A stretch of 64,000 bases of DNA from Octopus vulgaris (lineage: Eukaryota). The stretch covers positions 1,116,001-1,180,000 of the forward strand of contig OX597836.1 of NCBI GenBank assembly GCA_951406725.2, in the 5' to 3' direction. The notes under the pieces were generated by a model. The model made no database searches and was not told the origin of the DNA. It saw only the letters and a program-made list of their open reading frames with translations. A program made the position numbers and the translations under genes. Numbering within the stretch: position 1 is the stretch's first letter; the number at the start of each line of letters is the position of its first letter. Of the stretch, positions 41,311-55,660 are shown in pieces.

Positions 41311-44300
41311 ATAGATAAAATTAGTTGATTAATTAATCCATGTTGTTAATGAATTTACTGCTATATTATTTCAAGAGAGCTGTTGTGTTGATTCCGTTTG
41401 TGAATAAACTCTAAATAGCTATAAACTGTTAATACCTATGTAGATTGAAGAGAATAAGGCTATCAGTCCCGAAATGGAAGCCAAGTAAGACTGGATATTA
41501 ATCGGAATGAGCTCTTTTTCTACTCCTGGAAATTTAAAACATCTCGTGTGACCACTTCGTTCACTTTTCACAGTCAGGCTAAATTGTATACTTATTAAAT
41601 AGCCATATCCTACATTTCAAGTATCTGTCTGTCTGTCTATCTCTTCTCCCCTCCTCCTCCTTTCTCCATTTAGATATATAGCAAGAGGGAAAGAGAGTGG
41701 GAGAGAGAGAAATAAATGTGTGTGAGTTGGAATGTGTGTCTAAATATATATATATATATATTGTGTCTATGTGTGAGAGTCTGTGAGAGTGTTTGTGTGT
41801 GTGCGTGAATAGTCATATTGGTGATGAGGCATGTCTGTGAGGATGGGGTACCGATTAGAGTGCGAATAAAACAGCTACTTATAGTGCATTCGAAAACCAT
41901 GAAGACATGTAATTTAAAAATGAAGGGAGCAGACGACAATAATCGTCTGCAAGCGTTTTATGTGAACATGGCGGAAGTCCAAAACATTATATGCATCGTA
42001 CATAACACGAAAAAGGCACAGATATACATACATATTTACATATATGTGTATGTATACTTGTATATATATTTGCCTAAGACTCTGTAGACATGTATAAATA
42101 CGCATTATAATGAGAAAACTAATTACATTTTGGGTGTTAGTTAAGTTGCCAATAAATTCCCACCCACGACTTGTTTCATGTTTGCACAGCATGAAAGGGG
42201 AGTCGACATACACTCATACAGTTATGCTAGTATACACGCATTGCACATTATTTACGGATGTAGCTCTTTAGATTTCTCTTCTCTCCCTCTCTCTCAAACA
42301 TTTGTGACATCTATCTATCTATCTATCTATATATCTATCTATCTGCTGTCTATATATCGTAAATAAATGTAGTTCCACATGTGGTATGAATATATGTATA
42401 TACATTCATAAAATCACCCACACGTGCGCTCACATAGGTGCATACATGAATATAAATGCATATTTATGTGTCTGGGTGTGTTTGTATATATATATATATG
42501 TCTCTGCGTTGAGAACTTTATAAGAAAAATCTCACAAGAACAAACTCATACATATTTGCACAAATATATGCGAAGAAGTGTGTATATATGCATTCAGAGC
42601 AAGAGAGAGAAAGAAAGAGGGAGAGAGAGCGAGTCAGAAAAAAGTGTGTGTGTGTGAAGCAGAGAAGAGAAACGATTGATTCTGCGACTTGAACCTTCTT
42701 CATTAATTGTACTCAATATCACATGACCTTGAGAATATTTGCAGAAGAGAAAGGGAAGGGTAGCAGAGTAGAGTAACCCCAGCATATGTCTGGTACTTCA
42801 GATTCAAATCGACAGCATTTGAAATTCGCCCGTATCGCCAAATAGATGTCACCAAATATCAAGACAGAGTAATGGCAGACTAGTGTCACGTTTAGAGGTG
42901 CAACAATAAGTTGTTGGATGAAGGGAATCACCCAAACAACGTCTGTGAAACATCGTGAGCGGGAGATTGCTGTTGATGTCGTTGTTGTTGGTTGCCAAGC
43001 CCTATTGATTAAAAACATTCAGACTTGGATGAATTCCTTTTCCCTATGCACAGGAAACCCATGGCAGCATTCTCAAACGTGTTTTTTGCAAAGACCGTAG
43101 GGTAGAATTTGAGAGAATTAAGTTGCTATTTCTTGTAGAACAGACGACCACATGCAGTTTCTTTCGTAAAGTTATTGAGCAACACGCAAAAGGTTGTGGG
43201 GTCACCTCATCGTAATTTTGATTTCTAAGATTATCCTCTGTCTGATAGTGTAGTGTGGACACCTGAATGTGTGACGGACATCGTTAGTGCTACTCTTCCA
43301 TCAGCATCGATGCATAAACATAATTTCAGAGACTCTTACAACCGCTATGGCCTCTTATACGACACGTAACCGTCTTTCTGGCCGCTTAATACGAGCCATG
43401 GAGAGTGATTGCTTGGCGCTTCACACTTTCGAACAGTTTGTGATTTAAACAACCTGTTGTTATTTACTTTCGGATAAACTTTTATAAAACAAAAGTGTGA
43501 TCAAGAACTACCCATCCATGACCTTCTCGTTGTTTGCTAGGCAAAATACGAGACCGTAAAGCTTGACGGTGGGAAAGCGGTAGGTAAGATGCAAGAAAAT
43601 TTGGGACAAGGAATGGTTCACTGGGAAAAACCCAGTGACGCATTGGCACAGAACATTATGAAATTCTGGAGGAATGAAAGGTAAAATAGGTCTGAGGGAA
43701 ATTTGAGCCGAGACCAATACCACTAGGTATTTTGTCTGTGAGTCTTTCAAATAGAACATTTCTCCTCCACTGACAAATAATAATTGTTCGTATTAGAAGC
43801 ACAAGGTCAGAAATTTTGTGTTAAACAATTAAATGGAGCCAATACGGAACTGGTAAGTTATTTATCGACCCCGGAAGGGGGGAAACCGAAGTTGACCTTG
43901 GTGAGATATGAACTGAGAATTTACAGATCGGAAATAGAAACCCTAAAACAATTTTGTGTGATGTTCAAACAATTTTATCAACCCACCTTCAAATAATTTT
44001 CGTATACTAACACAAGGGTCACAAATAAGGGGGAGGGATGCAGTCTATTACGTCGATCTTTGTATTATATTAAATACCAAGGATTTTGCCGTGGCCAACA
44101 CTACGGCCAACCAAGCCAATTATGACGATGATAAATACGAAACTCAAATAATTTCGTAAGGATATTAGTGAATGCGCGGAGTCGATTTCATCAAATCTAC
44201 TTATTAACCGTAGTGTATTACTGGTATAATAATCGATTTGAAGTAGTGAAGATTCTCCAGATGGATTTCAAAATAAAATTGTAAGAAGACAGAAAGTCGG

Positions 44301-45354
44301 AGAACGAATTCGGAATGTTAAAAATCATTTAGTCAGGGTATTTATCAACGATGTCAATATACCTCTCCAGCTTCCCCCCCCCTCCCTCCCTCCCCATGCA
44401 TGTATTTATAATGTCTCTCTCTCTCTCTCTCTCTCTCACTTCTATCTTTGTTTCACTCTCCTTAAACCTCTCTTTACCTGTTTCTACTCTCTCTCTCTCT
44501 ACCCCCTCTTCACATTCGTACCCTCCTCTTTTCTCCTCCCCGCCCCCTTCCTTTAACTATTTTAGGTAAAAATTATTGATTTTTCCTCTGCACAGTGTCC
44601 GACAGATTCGAGGCTATCGATACAGCATAGACTGAAAAACAGCGACTACAACACTAACAAGAACAACAACATCAATAACAACAAATACAAGTAGAAGAAG
44701 AACAAAAAGAACAATTACAAGCAGAAGCCACTGGAATGATAGGAGGCAAGGCTTCGCGAAGAACCGATAGAAAGCTTTTACATTTTCGATGCAGCTGCCG
44801 TTTAATCATAGATTTCCGTCTCCCCAATATAATTAAATATCGGTTTCCTTTCGGCAGATAAAACGCCAAATTTTGGAGTTTATAAAACAAGAACTATTTT
44901 CCATTATTGCAAACGCTGTCTCCCTGCGTGGGTTACCTCCCTTAGCATTTTCCGGCCAAATTGAGCTGAAGATCGACTTTACCGTTTCTTTTTCAAGATT
45001 TTGAGAAAATAAAATATATGTTATCAGTCAGGTTGTGGGATCGATAAAATCGAATGTTCCACGACCACCACCAAGATTCGTAGCTTTGTGTCTGTGTTAG
45101 AAATCGTTATTTATGATATACGGATATTTTCAAATTCCTCCAAGTTTAACTTTGCCTTTCATCTTACTTGGATCGGCAGACTGTATAACCAGTTACGTAG
45201 CGGGGGTTTCTCCCCATTTTCTCACAGAACTCGGGGGTCTTGTGACTATGTCGTGAAACATTACCACGAGACAGAAGTAATTCCACGAGACAGAATTTCA
45301 TTTGGGTTTTAATGAATTCTTCTGGTTTCGACGTCAACGCTTATCATTCATCTT

Positions 45355-45730
45355 TCACTTGTTTTAGTTTTTTGACTGTGGCCATGCTGGGGCACCGACT
45401 TGAATTTTTAGTCAAATGAACCAACCTTAGTATTTATAATAATTCTTACAGCCTGGTACTTATTTTATCGGCGCCTGAACCGAACCGCGAGGTCACGGGG
45501 ACGTAAAGACACCAACACCGATTGTCAAGCGTTGGTGGAGGATATCCACAGATAAAATAGCACCTCCTTCACACACACATAAATGTACGACGGGCTTCTT
45601 TCAGTTTCCGCCTACTAAATCCATTCACAAAGCTTTAGTCGTCCCGAGGCCATTGTAGAAGGCACCTACCCAAGGTGACACGTGGTGGGACCGAACCTAG
45701 CACCATGTGATTGGGAGAGAAACACAGCCA
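45355..45730 (-). mobile_element. SINE family B, near full length
   Basis: GGCCATGCTGGGGCACCG, ACGGGGACGTAAA, ACGACGGGCTTCTTTCAGTTTCCG, CCCAAGGTG. Confidence 0.85.
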
Positions 45731-46082
45731 CATCTTCCAAGAAATAAATGGAATAATTATCAGAGACTGTTCCGTGCCTTGATGGAATCGGTAGAGCATC
45801 GAATGAACTACTTTTCATTTGTTGTTCTCGCTTTCGGGTTTCTAAATAAAAATCTTCACTCTTTTCTCTTTCATTTATTCTTCTGGGGCCGATAAAACAA
45901 ATTATCAGTCGAATAATGAGGTCGATAGCATCCCTTGACACTCTCCTGCGAAATTTTTCGCTCTGTACCAAAAATCAAAGAGAATTCTTCTTCTTCGACT
46001 TCTTTAGTCGAGCAGTGGGCAATCGACTTACCCCCAGCCTTGAAATTGCTGGCTGCTTGTGCCAACATATGAAATCATCATC

Positions 46083-46120
<38 letters not shown>

Positions 46121-46132
46121 CATCATCATTAT

Positions 46133-46345
46133 GGCGGTGAGCTGGCAGAATCGTTAGCATGCTGGACGAAATACTTAGTAGTATTTCGTCTGCCGCAACG
46201 TTCTGAGTTCAAATTACGCCGAGGTCGACTTTGTCTTTCATGCTTTCTGGGTTGATAAATTAAGTACCCCTGAAACACTAGGGGTTGATGTAATCGACTT
46301 GTCTCCTCCCCCAAGGTGGCTGCGCTAGTGGCAAAATTTGAAACT
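46133..46345 (+). mobile_element. SINE family A
   Basis: GGCGGTGAGCTGGCAGAATCGTTAGC...GAGTTCAAATTACGCCGAGGTCGAC. Confidence 0.88.
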
Positions 46346-46379
46346 ATTATTATTATTATTATTATTTATCATCATTATT

Positions 46380-46722
46380 ATTCGATGAAAGCTCTCAGTT
46401 TATTTTACTGTGTATGATGGAAAAGGGGGTCAGCTGTCCACGGCCAGCAGACTAAGGTGACACTTGTTTACAGGTCATGCTTCAAGAACCCTGCGAAGAA
46501 TTCTTGCAGTTCCAAGCAATGCTGATTTTTGTAGATATTCCACCTTCACACTTGTCCCGATCTTTTTCAGCCATGTTGGTAGTTGAGTGCTGATACTTCA
46601 AAGTGCACCGCCATCACGTCTACTCTCCTCATTGACCACACTCTTAGTAATTCCCACTTCAAATCGCCGTAGTTGTTCAGTTTCTCTTCTTTCTCCTTGA
46701 CCCTGTCATCACTTAGACATTC
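46380..46722 (-). mobile_element. Dong/R4-type LINE 3' end next to (TAA)n
   Basis: DDRVKEKEEKLNNYGDLKWELLRVWSM...WLKKIG...LQKSALLGTARILRRVLEA*; followed on the minus strand by a short UTR and (TAA)n. Confidence 0.85.
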
Positions 46723-46740
46723 TTCTTATTAATATCTAAA

Positions 46741-46900
46741 GAGGCGAGCTGGCACAATCGTTAGCTTGCTCGGCAGATGCTTAGCAGCATTCAGAGTTCA
46801 AATTCTGACGAGGTAGTCTTTGCCTTTCAACCATTCGAGGTTTGAAAAAAATAAAAAATACCAGTCACGTATTAGTGTCGATATAATCGACTTGCATCCA
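46741..46900 (+). mobile_element. SINE family A, diverged
   Basis: GGCGAGCTGGCACAATCGTTAGC...GAGTTCAAATTC...TTTGCCTTTCA. Confidence 0.75.
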
Positions 46901-47413
46901 ACCTTCAAAGTTGCTGTCTCTGTACGTTTGCTGTTATTTTTGTTGTTGTTGTGATTAAATGGCGGCGGGGTGCAAACTCCGTCGAATATCGATCGAAATG
47001 ACTTGTGGTATTTAAAAATGTTCCTTTACGGGAGTGGAATAGCAACAATAATAACAAAAACAACAAAGCAAGAAATGGACAGGAGAAACACACGAAGAAA
47101 GAAAAGGAGAATGGTGAGGAAGAGGTCGAAGGAGAAAAAGATATGAAGAAAAAGAAGAAGGAAGAGAAGAATGAAAAAGGAATCGAGTTGGAGCAGAGAA
47201 GAAAGAGAAAAGAAGTAAAATAAAAAATAAAATGAAGAACGAGAAATAATTGTACAAGGAAAATAAGATGGTGATAATGAAGAATGGAAAGAAGAAAGAA
47301 GTGAAGGAGAAGAAGGAAAAGAAGAAGACAATGTCACTAATGAGAGATAATGAAAGAAAGACAATAGACAGGTGGGAAAAACTGAAAGGTCAAACGGAGA
47401 GAGTATTATACTA

Positions 47414-47511
<98 letters not shown>

Positions 47512-47939
47512 ACGTATAGCTAGATATACAAGCATACAGTTATACAGAGATACGTAAACATATATTTGTGTGGTGTGTGTGTGTTGGTGTAAGTAGAGAT
47601 AGGCATATGTATAGATGTGTGTGTGTGTGTGTGTATTACGTTATGAGTTTTGTGGCATATAGAAGTATGTATATAAACCCTTATATTATATATCCATATC
47701 TACCTCTCTATCCTTGCATTTATTTTTACATACACACACACGCACGCACACGCACGCACACACACACACAAACATCAGTGTGTATGTGTTTATACATATA
47801 TATATGTACATATATATATACATACACAGACGCGTACACACACACATTTCGAGTGGGAGAGGGACACACAGCGATAGGTGTATACATGTAAACATATGTG
47901 TATTTGTTATATAAGTCTGGTTATAACTCAAAGTTCCTT

Positions 47940-47971
<32 letters not shown>

Positions 47972-48489
47972 TACATCCCCCACACACACTCGCACACTCC
48001 TGTATTTACCATTTCTTGCTGTCTTCCATTCCTCGGAGTGGCGGTGGGAGCTGGAGACTCTGCTGATGACGTTTGTCGTTGCTCATGGATTGGCGTTAAT
48101 CGATCTGTAAGTATTTGCCTCTTGATAAGATTGTGTTGATCGAACACAAACTATGATTAAAGACACTCCAGCCGTGACTTCCAGTCTGATGTGTATCACA
48201 GGAACGTTATTAATTGCCGGTTGTTGCTTCCTGATGACGGTAGGCTGATGGGAGTTGCAGGGGAATATTGGCTACCTTTTCTTAGGGGCCGCCCTGCAAT
48301 CAGATGTCACGCTTTTCAGTATTAAGACCTCTTTATATGTTAGCATCAAATGTCTTATTAATATCGAGATAAATAATATCTATTCCCGTTTCAACGAGAA
48401 TGTTCCGTTAGAGCAACCAATACTGCAGTAATTGCCCTGAGAGGACCTTTCCTTTTGGTTTTCTTTTGTACAAAACGCACTCCGGTTTA

Positions 48490-48638
48490 CAGTAATCCCC
48501 CGGCATATCGCACTTTACTTATCCCGGTTCACCCATCCGTGAAAAAATATACAGTACAATGCTGTTTCTACTGCGCGGATTTTCACTTATCACGGGGTTT
48601 TTTGGAACGTAACACCCACGATAGTCGAGGGATTACTG
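48490..48638. mobile_element. Tc1/mariner (Tigger/pogo-like) MITE, 149 bp
   Basis: TIR CAGTAATCCC ... GGGATTACTG with TA on both sides. Confidence 0.8.
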
Positions 48639-48654
48639 TATATCGCTTTGCGGG

Positions 48655-48797
48655 TTCACCACCCCACTCCGCTAGAGCCTCGTGGAGCTTAGGTGTTTTT
48701 GCTCAATAAACATTCACAATGCCCTGGTCTGGGAATCGAAACCGCATTCTTACGACCGCGAGTCCGCTGCCCTAACCACTAGGCCGTTGCGCCTCCA
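48655..48797 (-). mobile_element. SINE head, tRNA-like (anticodon-like arm with TCG)
   Basis: GGCCTAGTGGTTAGGGCAGCGGACTCGCGGTC...GGTTTCGATTCCC followed by TTGAGCAAAAACACCT; no acceptor stem. Confidence 0.7.
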
Positions 48798-49190
48798 CTC
48801 TTGCTGTTGTTGTTGTTATTGTTTCTGTTATTTTGTTGTTGTTTCTATTATTGTTGTTATGGCTATGGTTGTGCTGTGGTGTGGTACGGCCATTTTGCTG
48901 TTGTTGTTGTTGTGGTTGTTACAGTCATTTTTGCAGCTGTTGCTTTTGTTATCATTTTGGCCCTTTTGCTGTAGTTCAGTCTTATGTGATCCTTAATCAG
49001 TCAGACCCTATTTTCGAGGACACTCTAGTTATTTTAGTCAGTGTTCCATTCTTCAAGGTATGAAGGGTCGTCGTTTGAGTGATGAAAATGGTAGAGAGAC
49101 AAGAGGAGGGGGGAAATGTAGACAACAACGAGCGATAAAGCAAAAAGGAGAGAAAGAGATAGATAGATAGATAGATAGTTAGATAGATAG

Positions 49191-49221
<31 letters not shown>

Positions 49222-51260
49222 CGGAGACGATGGGGATTTTAAAAGTAGAACAGAATAAAAGAATAATATCTATCTTGAAAATATAAACAGGATTGTGAAT
49301 AACACAAATCCAGTTGGATGACAGTCGATAAGCGACGACGACGACCTATGAACTAGAAGGGCGTCAATAGGGCAGGAAGAGGAAAGGCGTCATACAAGAG
49401 TGTGAGGTAAAGAAGCTGTCTTTGAAAACACTTGGGTTCGAGTTCGATCCGATGGCGCGCCATTTTGGACATGTTTATTCACGAATTTCGTGAATGCACA
49501 AACAAGAAGCAGAATTTCGTCGAACACACACACACACATACATACACATACATACACACACACACACTCATGCACACATACTCGCGTTCATTCACATACA
49601 CGCGCCCGTACACACACACACATAGAGTTATAACCCTCACCTAGTTATCAGCCACAAAGCATTAAATAAATGAAATTGTGGTCGACATGATCCTATTTAT
49701 ATTTTCTATTTGCAGGTCTTTACAGTGACTGACGAGTCTAAAGAAAGCCGAAACTAGTGAGTCTGCTCCTGGTTCTGAGCTGCTGGAAGCCCTGTCGTTT
49801 AACCATGGGAACGAATTTCACAAGGACTCAAAAGTATGTTTATTAATTCATCTGTCTCGCATCCATATGTTAATATGGATGCGGGACAGATACCCATTCA
49901 CAGATACTGAGACACACACACACACAGGTATACTCATATACAGATACTCACACATATACAGATAGGCAGATATATACACAAACAAATAGTATACGCACAC
50001 ATACATATAAAGGGTTGATTTTATTTATTTAGAAAAGGTCATGAATCTGTATATTTCAGCGCAAAAGTAGAAACGTTCGGATGATCAATATTATACAACA
50101 TCATTGGCCACAACATCAAGAATGCCTGAAGAAGAAGAGGAAGGGGAAGAGGAAAAGGAGGAGGAGGAGAAGAAAAAGGAAGAATGAGGAGAATGAAGAG
50201 GAGGTGGAAGAGGAGGAAGATGGGAGGAAGAGAGGGAGGAAGACACAGAAAAGGAGGTGGAAGAGAAGAATGAAGAAATAAAAAGTAAGGAGGAGAAGAA
50301 CAAAAAGGAGGAAGAAGAGGAGAGGAGAAGAATAAAGCAAATGAGGAGAAAGAGGAGGAGGAGGGGAGAAAAAAAGGAGGAGGATATCTGACATTACAAC
50401 AGCAAAAGCGACAACAACAACAGCAACAACAAAAACAGCAACAACAATATGGACGTCAAGTGGAAGCTCACTTGTTACTTACAGTTAAATTACCAATTTC
50501 CTTCGTCTCCACATTCCTTGAAATCTCTGTCACAGCAACGAAGCATTCTTAATCTGTTGAATTTCCTGGTGTTGCATTTCCTTCCGCTGCACCAAAATTT
50601 GCATATATGTACAATTAATTGATTTCCTGCACTGGTTACATGTCCACATTTCGGCGGTTGACATAACACGCCATCTTTCCTTCTATCGTCTCCTGACCCT
50701 TGGCTTATTTTAGCAGAACTTAACACGATCGCAAGCGTTCGAAATCAACCTCCAGTTTTGTTTTTTCCATCGCTCTAAATATCTTCCTTGTGGACATCGA
50801 TTGCCAGATGCTCCATCTGGGGCGTTAACTGCATCGGCGTCAGTAGAAAAGGGAAACTACAAACGTTGTGGCCATCGACATTTTATCTTCCGGTAGAGGG
50901 GTCAGATGATGCCCCTATGTCATCTGAGGGAAATTTGGAGGCTTTTCCTGACATGATTGGGTATAACAGGGATCACTCACCCGTTGGCTCATCTAATATA
51001 ATAAAGGCGAAAACTAATTTCTGTGTGTCAGTGTGTCACACTTTGATCACACCCCCTCTCTTGCTATTCATTGGCACTTTCTGATGCTGGGGTGAGAGTA
51101 GTAGTAGGCTTAGAGACTGTGAGGGCGGTGGCGAAGACAGAAAGACAGGGAGAAAGAGAGGGAGAGAGAAAGAGAAGGAGAAAAAAGAGACAAAGAAATT
51201 TAGGGAGAATTGATGATGTTTTATTAAGAGTAGTAGTGTTGCTGGTGGCAGTGGGAGTAA

Positions 51261-51342
<82 letters not shown>

Positions 51343-52110
51343 GTGACAGAAAGAGGGATATGATGTACAACTTTCTTGGACAGAAATTCCTGTGGTCGTC
51401 AAAATGAACCAACTACTGAACACTATCATTTTTGTTTTATTTTTGCTTTCTTTAATACAAACATACACACACACACACACGTGTGTGTGTATATATATAT
51501 ATATACAGACACACACACACATATGTATATATAAAATACACTTTAATTGAAACACAGTTTCCCCAAACTTAAAGATCTAGCATAATAGGTGTGAATGTCA
51601 GTGTGTGACACTTTTTCAACTTTACTCCTAGTGGTCGTAGTCCAACAACCACTTTGGAATCATGTTGACTCCGTGAGTTAATTGAAAACATTCCGGACCG
51701 AATCCGGACCTATAATCCCGAAATTTTGGATTCCTATGTGTTCAATACTGCGATTGTCTTCAGCGAACTTTTTTACGTGGTTATTTTTGCGGTGAATATG
51801 ATTCTCATTGGGATATGACTCTAGAGGAAGGAATTGCAACCAATTCTCCAAAACAAGTCAGAGACCAGTTTGAAGATCATCCTATTCAGGGTCAGTTGCT
51901 TAAAAGCTATATACTTGCTTAAAAGCCGCCCGATACGGCATACATACATACAGACATACATACATACAGACATACATACAGACATACATGCATACAGACA
52001 TACATACATACATACACGCATACATACATACATATACACACACACACACACACATACGTATGTACATACGTACATACATGCATACATACATACATACATA
52101 CATACACAAC

Positions 52111-52398
52111 TGGCTCTCCGTCGGTTGCGACCACGAGTTTCCCAGTTGCTAGCAAAATTAACGTGCAAGTGGCTGAGTACTCCACAGACACGCGTGGAGG
52201 CAGATTCACGCGTGACAGAGAATGTGACGTGGCTGGACCCCTTTGAATTACAGGTACAATTCATGTTTTCCTTGCTGAGTGGAATGGAACAACGTGAAAT
52301 AAAATGTCTCGATCAAGGATACAAATCCCCGCCGGGAATCGAACACGTGACCATACGATCGTGAATCGAATATCCAAACCAGTAAGCTACGCGCCTTC
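52111..52398 (-). mobile_element. SINE family D, near full length
   Basis: GAAGGCGCGTAGCTTACTGG head, GTTCGATTCCCGG B-box, shared body with 24877-25129 and 27631-27857. Confidence 0.85.
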
Positions 52399-52445
52399 AA
52401 TACATACATGTGTACATACAGAAAGACAGTCAGACATACATACAC

Positions 52446-52498
<53 letters not shown>

Positions 52499-52921
52499 TA
52501 CATACATACATACATACATACACACACACATACACACATGCATACATACATACATACAAATATACATACATACATACATACAAATATACATACATACATA
52601 CATACATACATACATACATACAAATATACATACATACACACACATACATACATACATACATACATACATACATACATAAAGACAATCAGTCAGTCAGACC
52701 GACAGAGCGACAGACAAATTCCAAAGGGTTAGTCTTTCTCAGAAATTCTTTAAGTGAAACTTATCAAACTTCAAAAGAATGGACAGAGGCTGTTAAACGT
52801 CTTTCAAAGACGTTTTAACGGTAAGTTTTTATTTAAGAAAAACTTCGAAATATTGTGAATGTATCGAAACTTCTCTCTGTCTCTGATATATGTATGTGGG
52901 CGTATATACATACATACATAC

Positions 52922-52971
<50 letters not shown>

Positions 52972-53111
52972 TTATCGGAAGGATTTTGTGGATTTTGTGA
53001 GGATTTTTGATCAACAATTGATGACGGAATAAAAATGTTTAGTTCTGTTGTAGGCGTTTATCGGTTTTCTCGTAAATTTCTTTGTCGTCCATCTGCACCA
53101 CCATTTTCCTT

Positions 53112-53167
<56 letters not shown>

Positions 53168-53344
53168 GCATACATACATACTGCAGACAAACAGATATAC
53201 ATAACATATGTATATATATATATCTATACATTATATCTATGTATGTATATATATCTATACATTATATCTATGTATGTATGTATATATATCTATACATTAT
53301 ATCTATGTATGTATGTATATATATATCTATACATTATATCTATG

Positions 53345-53379
<35 letters not shown>

Positions 53380-53382
<3 letters not shown>

Positions 53383-53515
53383 CACAGGAGTCGCTTTGTG
53401 GTAAGTAGCTTGCTTATCAACCATGGTTTCGGGTTCAGTCCCACTGCATGGCACCTTGGGTAAGTGCCTTCTACTATAGAATGGCAACAGTCAAATGACT
53501 GAAACAAGTAAAAGA
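53380..53515 (+). mobile_element. SINE family B, head fused directly to tail
   Basis: AGGCACAGGAGTCGCTTTGTGGTAAG...GGTTCAGTCCCACT...TTCTACTATAG joined to ATGGCAACAGTCAAATGACTGAAACAAGT. Confidence 0.85.
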
Positions 53516-53675
53516 ATATATATATATATATATATATATACGTAAACACACACACACTCATATATCTATCAATCTATCTATCTGTCAGTCTATTCATGTA
53601 CGAATGAGAGAGAGAGAGAGAGAGAGAGAGAACCTCCCCTTCCTTAGAAAATTGCGATTCCTGAGAGAGAGAAGT

Positions 53676-53711
<36 letters not shown>

Positions 53712-53740
53712 AAAAGAGCGAGGTTTGATATTTTATTTAC

Positions 53741-53890
53741 CATTTCCGGAATCATGAAAGTAATGTTGACCTCATCTGGATTCGGACCCAGAGAGAACAA
53801 TCGATCATCTCTGATCCTGTAACGATTCCTCCAATTCTTTGCTCTAATATGTTCGTACTGGGGAGAAACAACACCGATACAGGAACACAT
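53741..53890 (-). CDS. Candidate first coding exon (50 aa, MCSCIGVV...NITFMIPEM), phase-0 donor
   Basis: ATG-initiated non-repetitive frame ending ATG|GTAAAT in a unique, CpG-richer island; no homology recognised. Confidence 0.25.
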
Positions 53891-55574
53891 TCCGTGCCTT
53901 TTAACGGTGTCTTCTCTTGCGAACAGTCGAGTCCGTTGTCCGGTGGTTTGGAAACTGAAATGGGGTCAGGATCCAGCCTTTCTGCCAATGACCGAGTTAT
54001 AAAACTATGGACACGATCCACGGGATTATCTTGTATTTCAAAGCTGTTTTTATCGCCGCTTTAACACTTAATCAGCTAGATTAGCGGATTAGGTGCTTTG
54101 CCATGAAAGAAGCAAACATCCACCATATTGGATGAGGAATCGCGTACCGAGCTTGTGGTACTTGGCCGGGTATCTCCTTTGCCGGGTATAGTTAGGGGTC
54201 AGAGGGTGGGGGCGTAGGATGTTTGTGGTTGTTGAGTTTGTTGTTGTTCTTAATCTATGTTTAATGATTTCTTGTCTTCGTCGTCCTTCTTTTGCACCAA
54301 ACTCTTCCTCTTCTTCCACCACCACCGTTCATTCCTCTCCCTCCTCGTCTTCCACCTCTTTCCTCCTCCACCTCGTCCTCCTCTTCTTCATTCCTCTTCT
54401 TTCCTCCTCCTCCCTCTTTCCTCCTCCTCCTCCTCCTCTTCTTTCCTCCTCCTCTTCTTTCCTCCTCCTCCTCCTCCTCCTCCATCATGGCGATACCCTT
54501 TCCCTTTCTCCCCCTCCTGACCCACCTCACTCCCACCAAGGCCAGATTTCCACATAAATTGGAAACACGTGCAGATTAGAAACCATTTAATATAAAAACT
54601 GGTGAAGCAATGTTGTTGCCGTTGCTAATGGTGACGGCAATAGTCGTGGCAACGATGGCGGCGGGTGGGGGGAGTTGTTGTTGATGTTATTGTAGTGGTA
54701 GCGGTGGCGGCGGTTTCGACGGTTGTTCGAGATTGGGCGATTTTGATGGTGGTGTGATAAAGATAATGTTGTTGTTGGTGGTGATGTTGGTGGTGGGGGG
54801 ATAGTGTGACGTAAAGAGTGCTGTGATAGTTATGATGGTGGTGGTGGTGGAGACGATGCTGGTGGCGGTGTTTGAGGTTATACCGGAGGAGGGGGGCGCT
54901 GTGTCATTTCTGTTGTTGGTAGCGGAGGGGAGGAGGATGAGATGTAAAGAGTCAGTGAAGATGGTGTTATGCTGTGATGTTGGTGGTGATGGCGACGGCG
55001 ATGATGTCATTTTAGAGGTATTGTGTTGATGGCGGCGGCGGTGGAGATGGCGTTGTTAGGAATTCTGTGATGTTGGTTCCTAAGGTAACGTTGGCGGCGC
55101 TGGTGATACTGTTGGATTTGGGATAAAAGTCAGTATTTTAGTTGTAGCTGCATGGTAGTCTTGGATTCCGGTTCAGTCCCAATGCACCTTGGGTAAGTGT
55201 CATCTCCCATGTTCCTGCCTTTAGCGTTTCACTTCATACACGTCAGCTCGATTGGATTCGTTCTCAATCGAAAGACGCCTGTTGTTATTTCCTTCTGTTT
55301 GTATTCGTAATTGTGTACCACGTTCTCCATTTTTTGTTTATTTATTTGTTTGATTTTGCTGCTGTCCACATTCGCTAGCTTTCTTACAAAGGGATGTAAT
55401 GCTCTTAGCTTAGATTTTAGTGGGCAACCAGATCGAACCATCTAAAGTGTAACTGCCCAAAATGGTCGTAACTTGTGAGACTTTCCCTATCCTAATTGTT
55501 GTTTCTCTTGTCTGCCTTTGTATCGTCTATCTGTTCGAACATTTTAATGCCCGCTATTGCGTTTTTGTCCGATT

Positions 55575-55660
<86 letters not shown>

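Noticed and set aside
43230-43660. Possible RTE LINE remnant (also 57240-57440)
   Set aside because: Too decayed to recover ordered motifs confidently by eye
47005-47400. K/E-rich ORFs (also 50081-50390 and 54260-54540)
   Set aside because: GAA/GAG/CCT low-complexity tracts without splice or homology support
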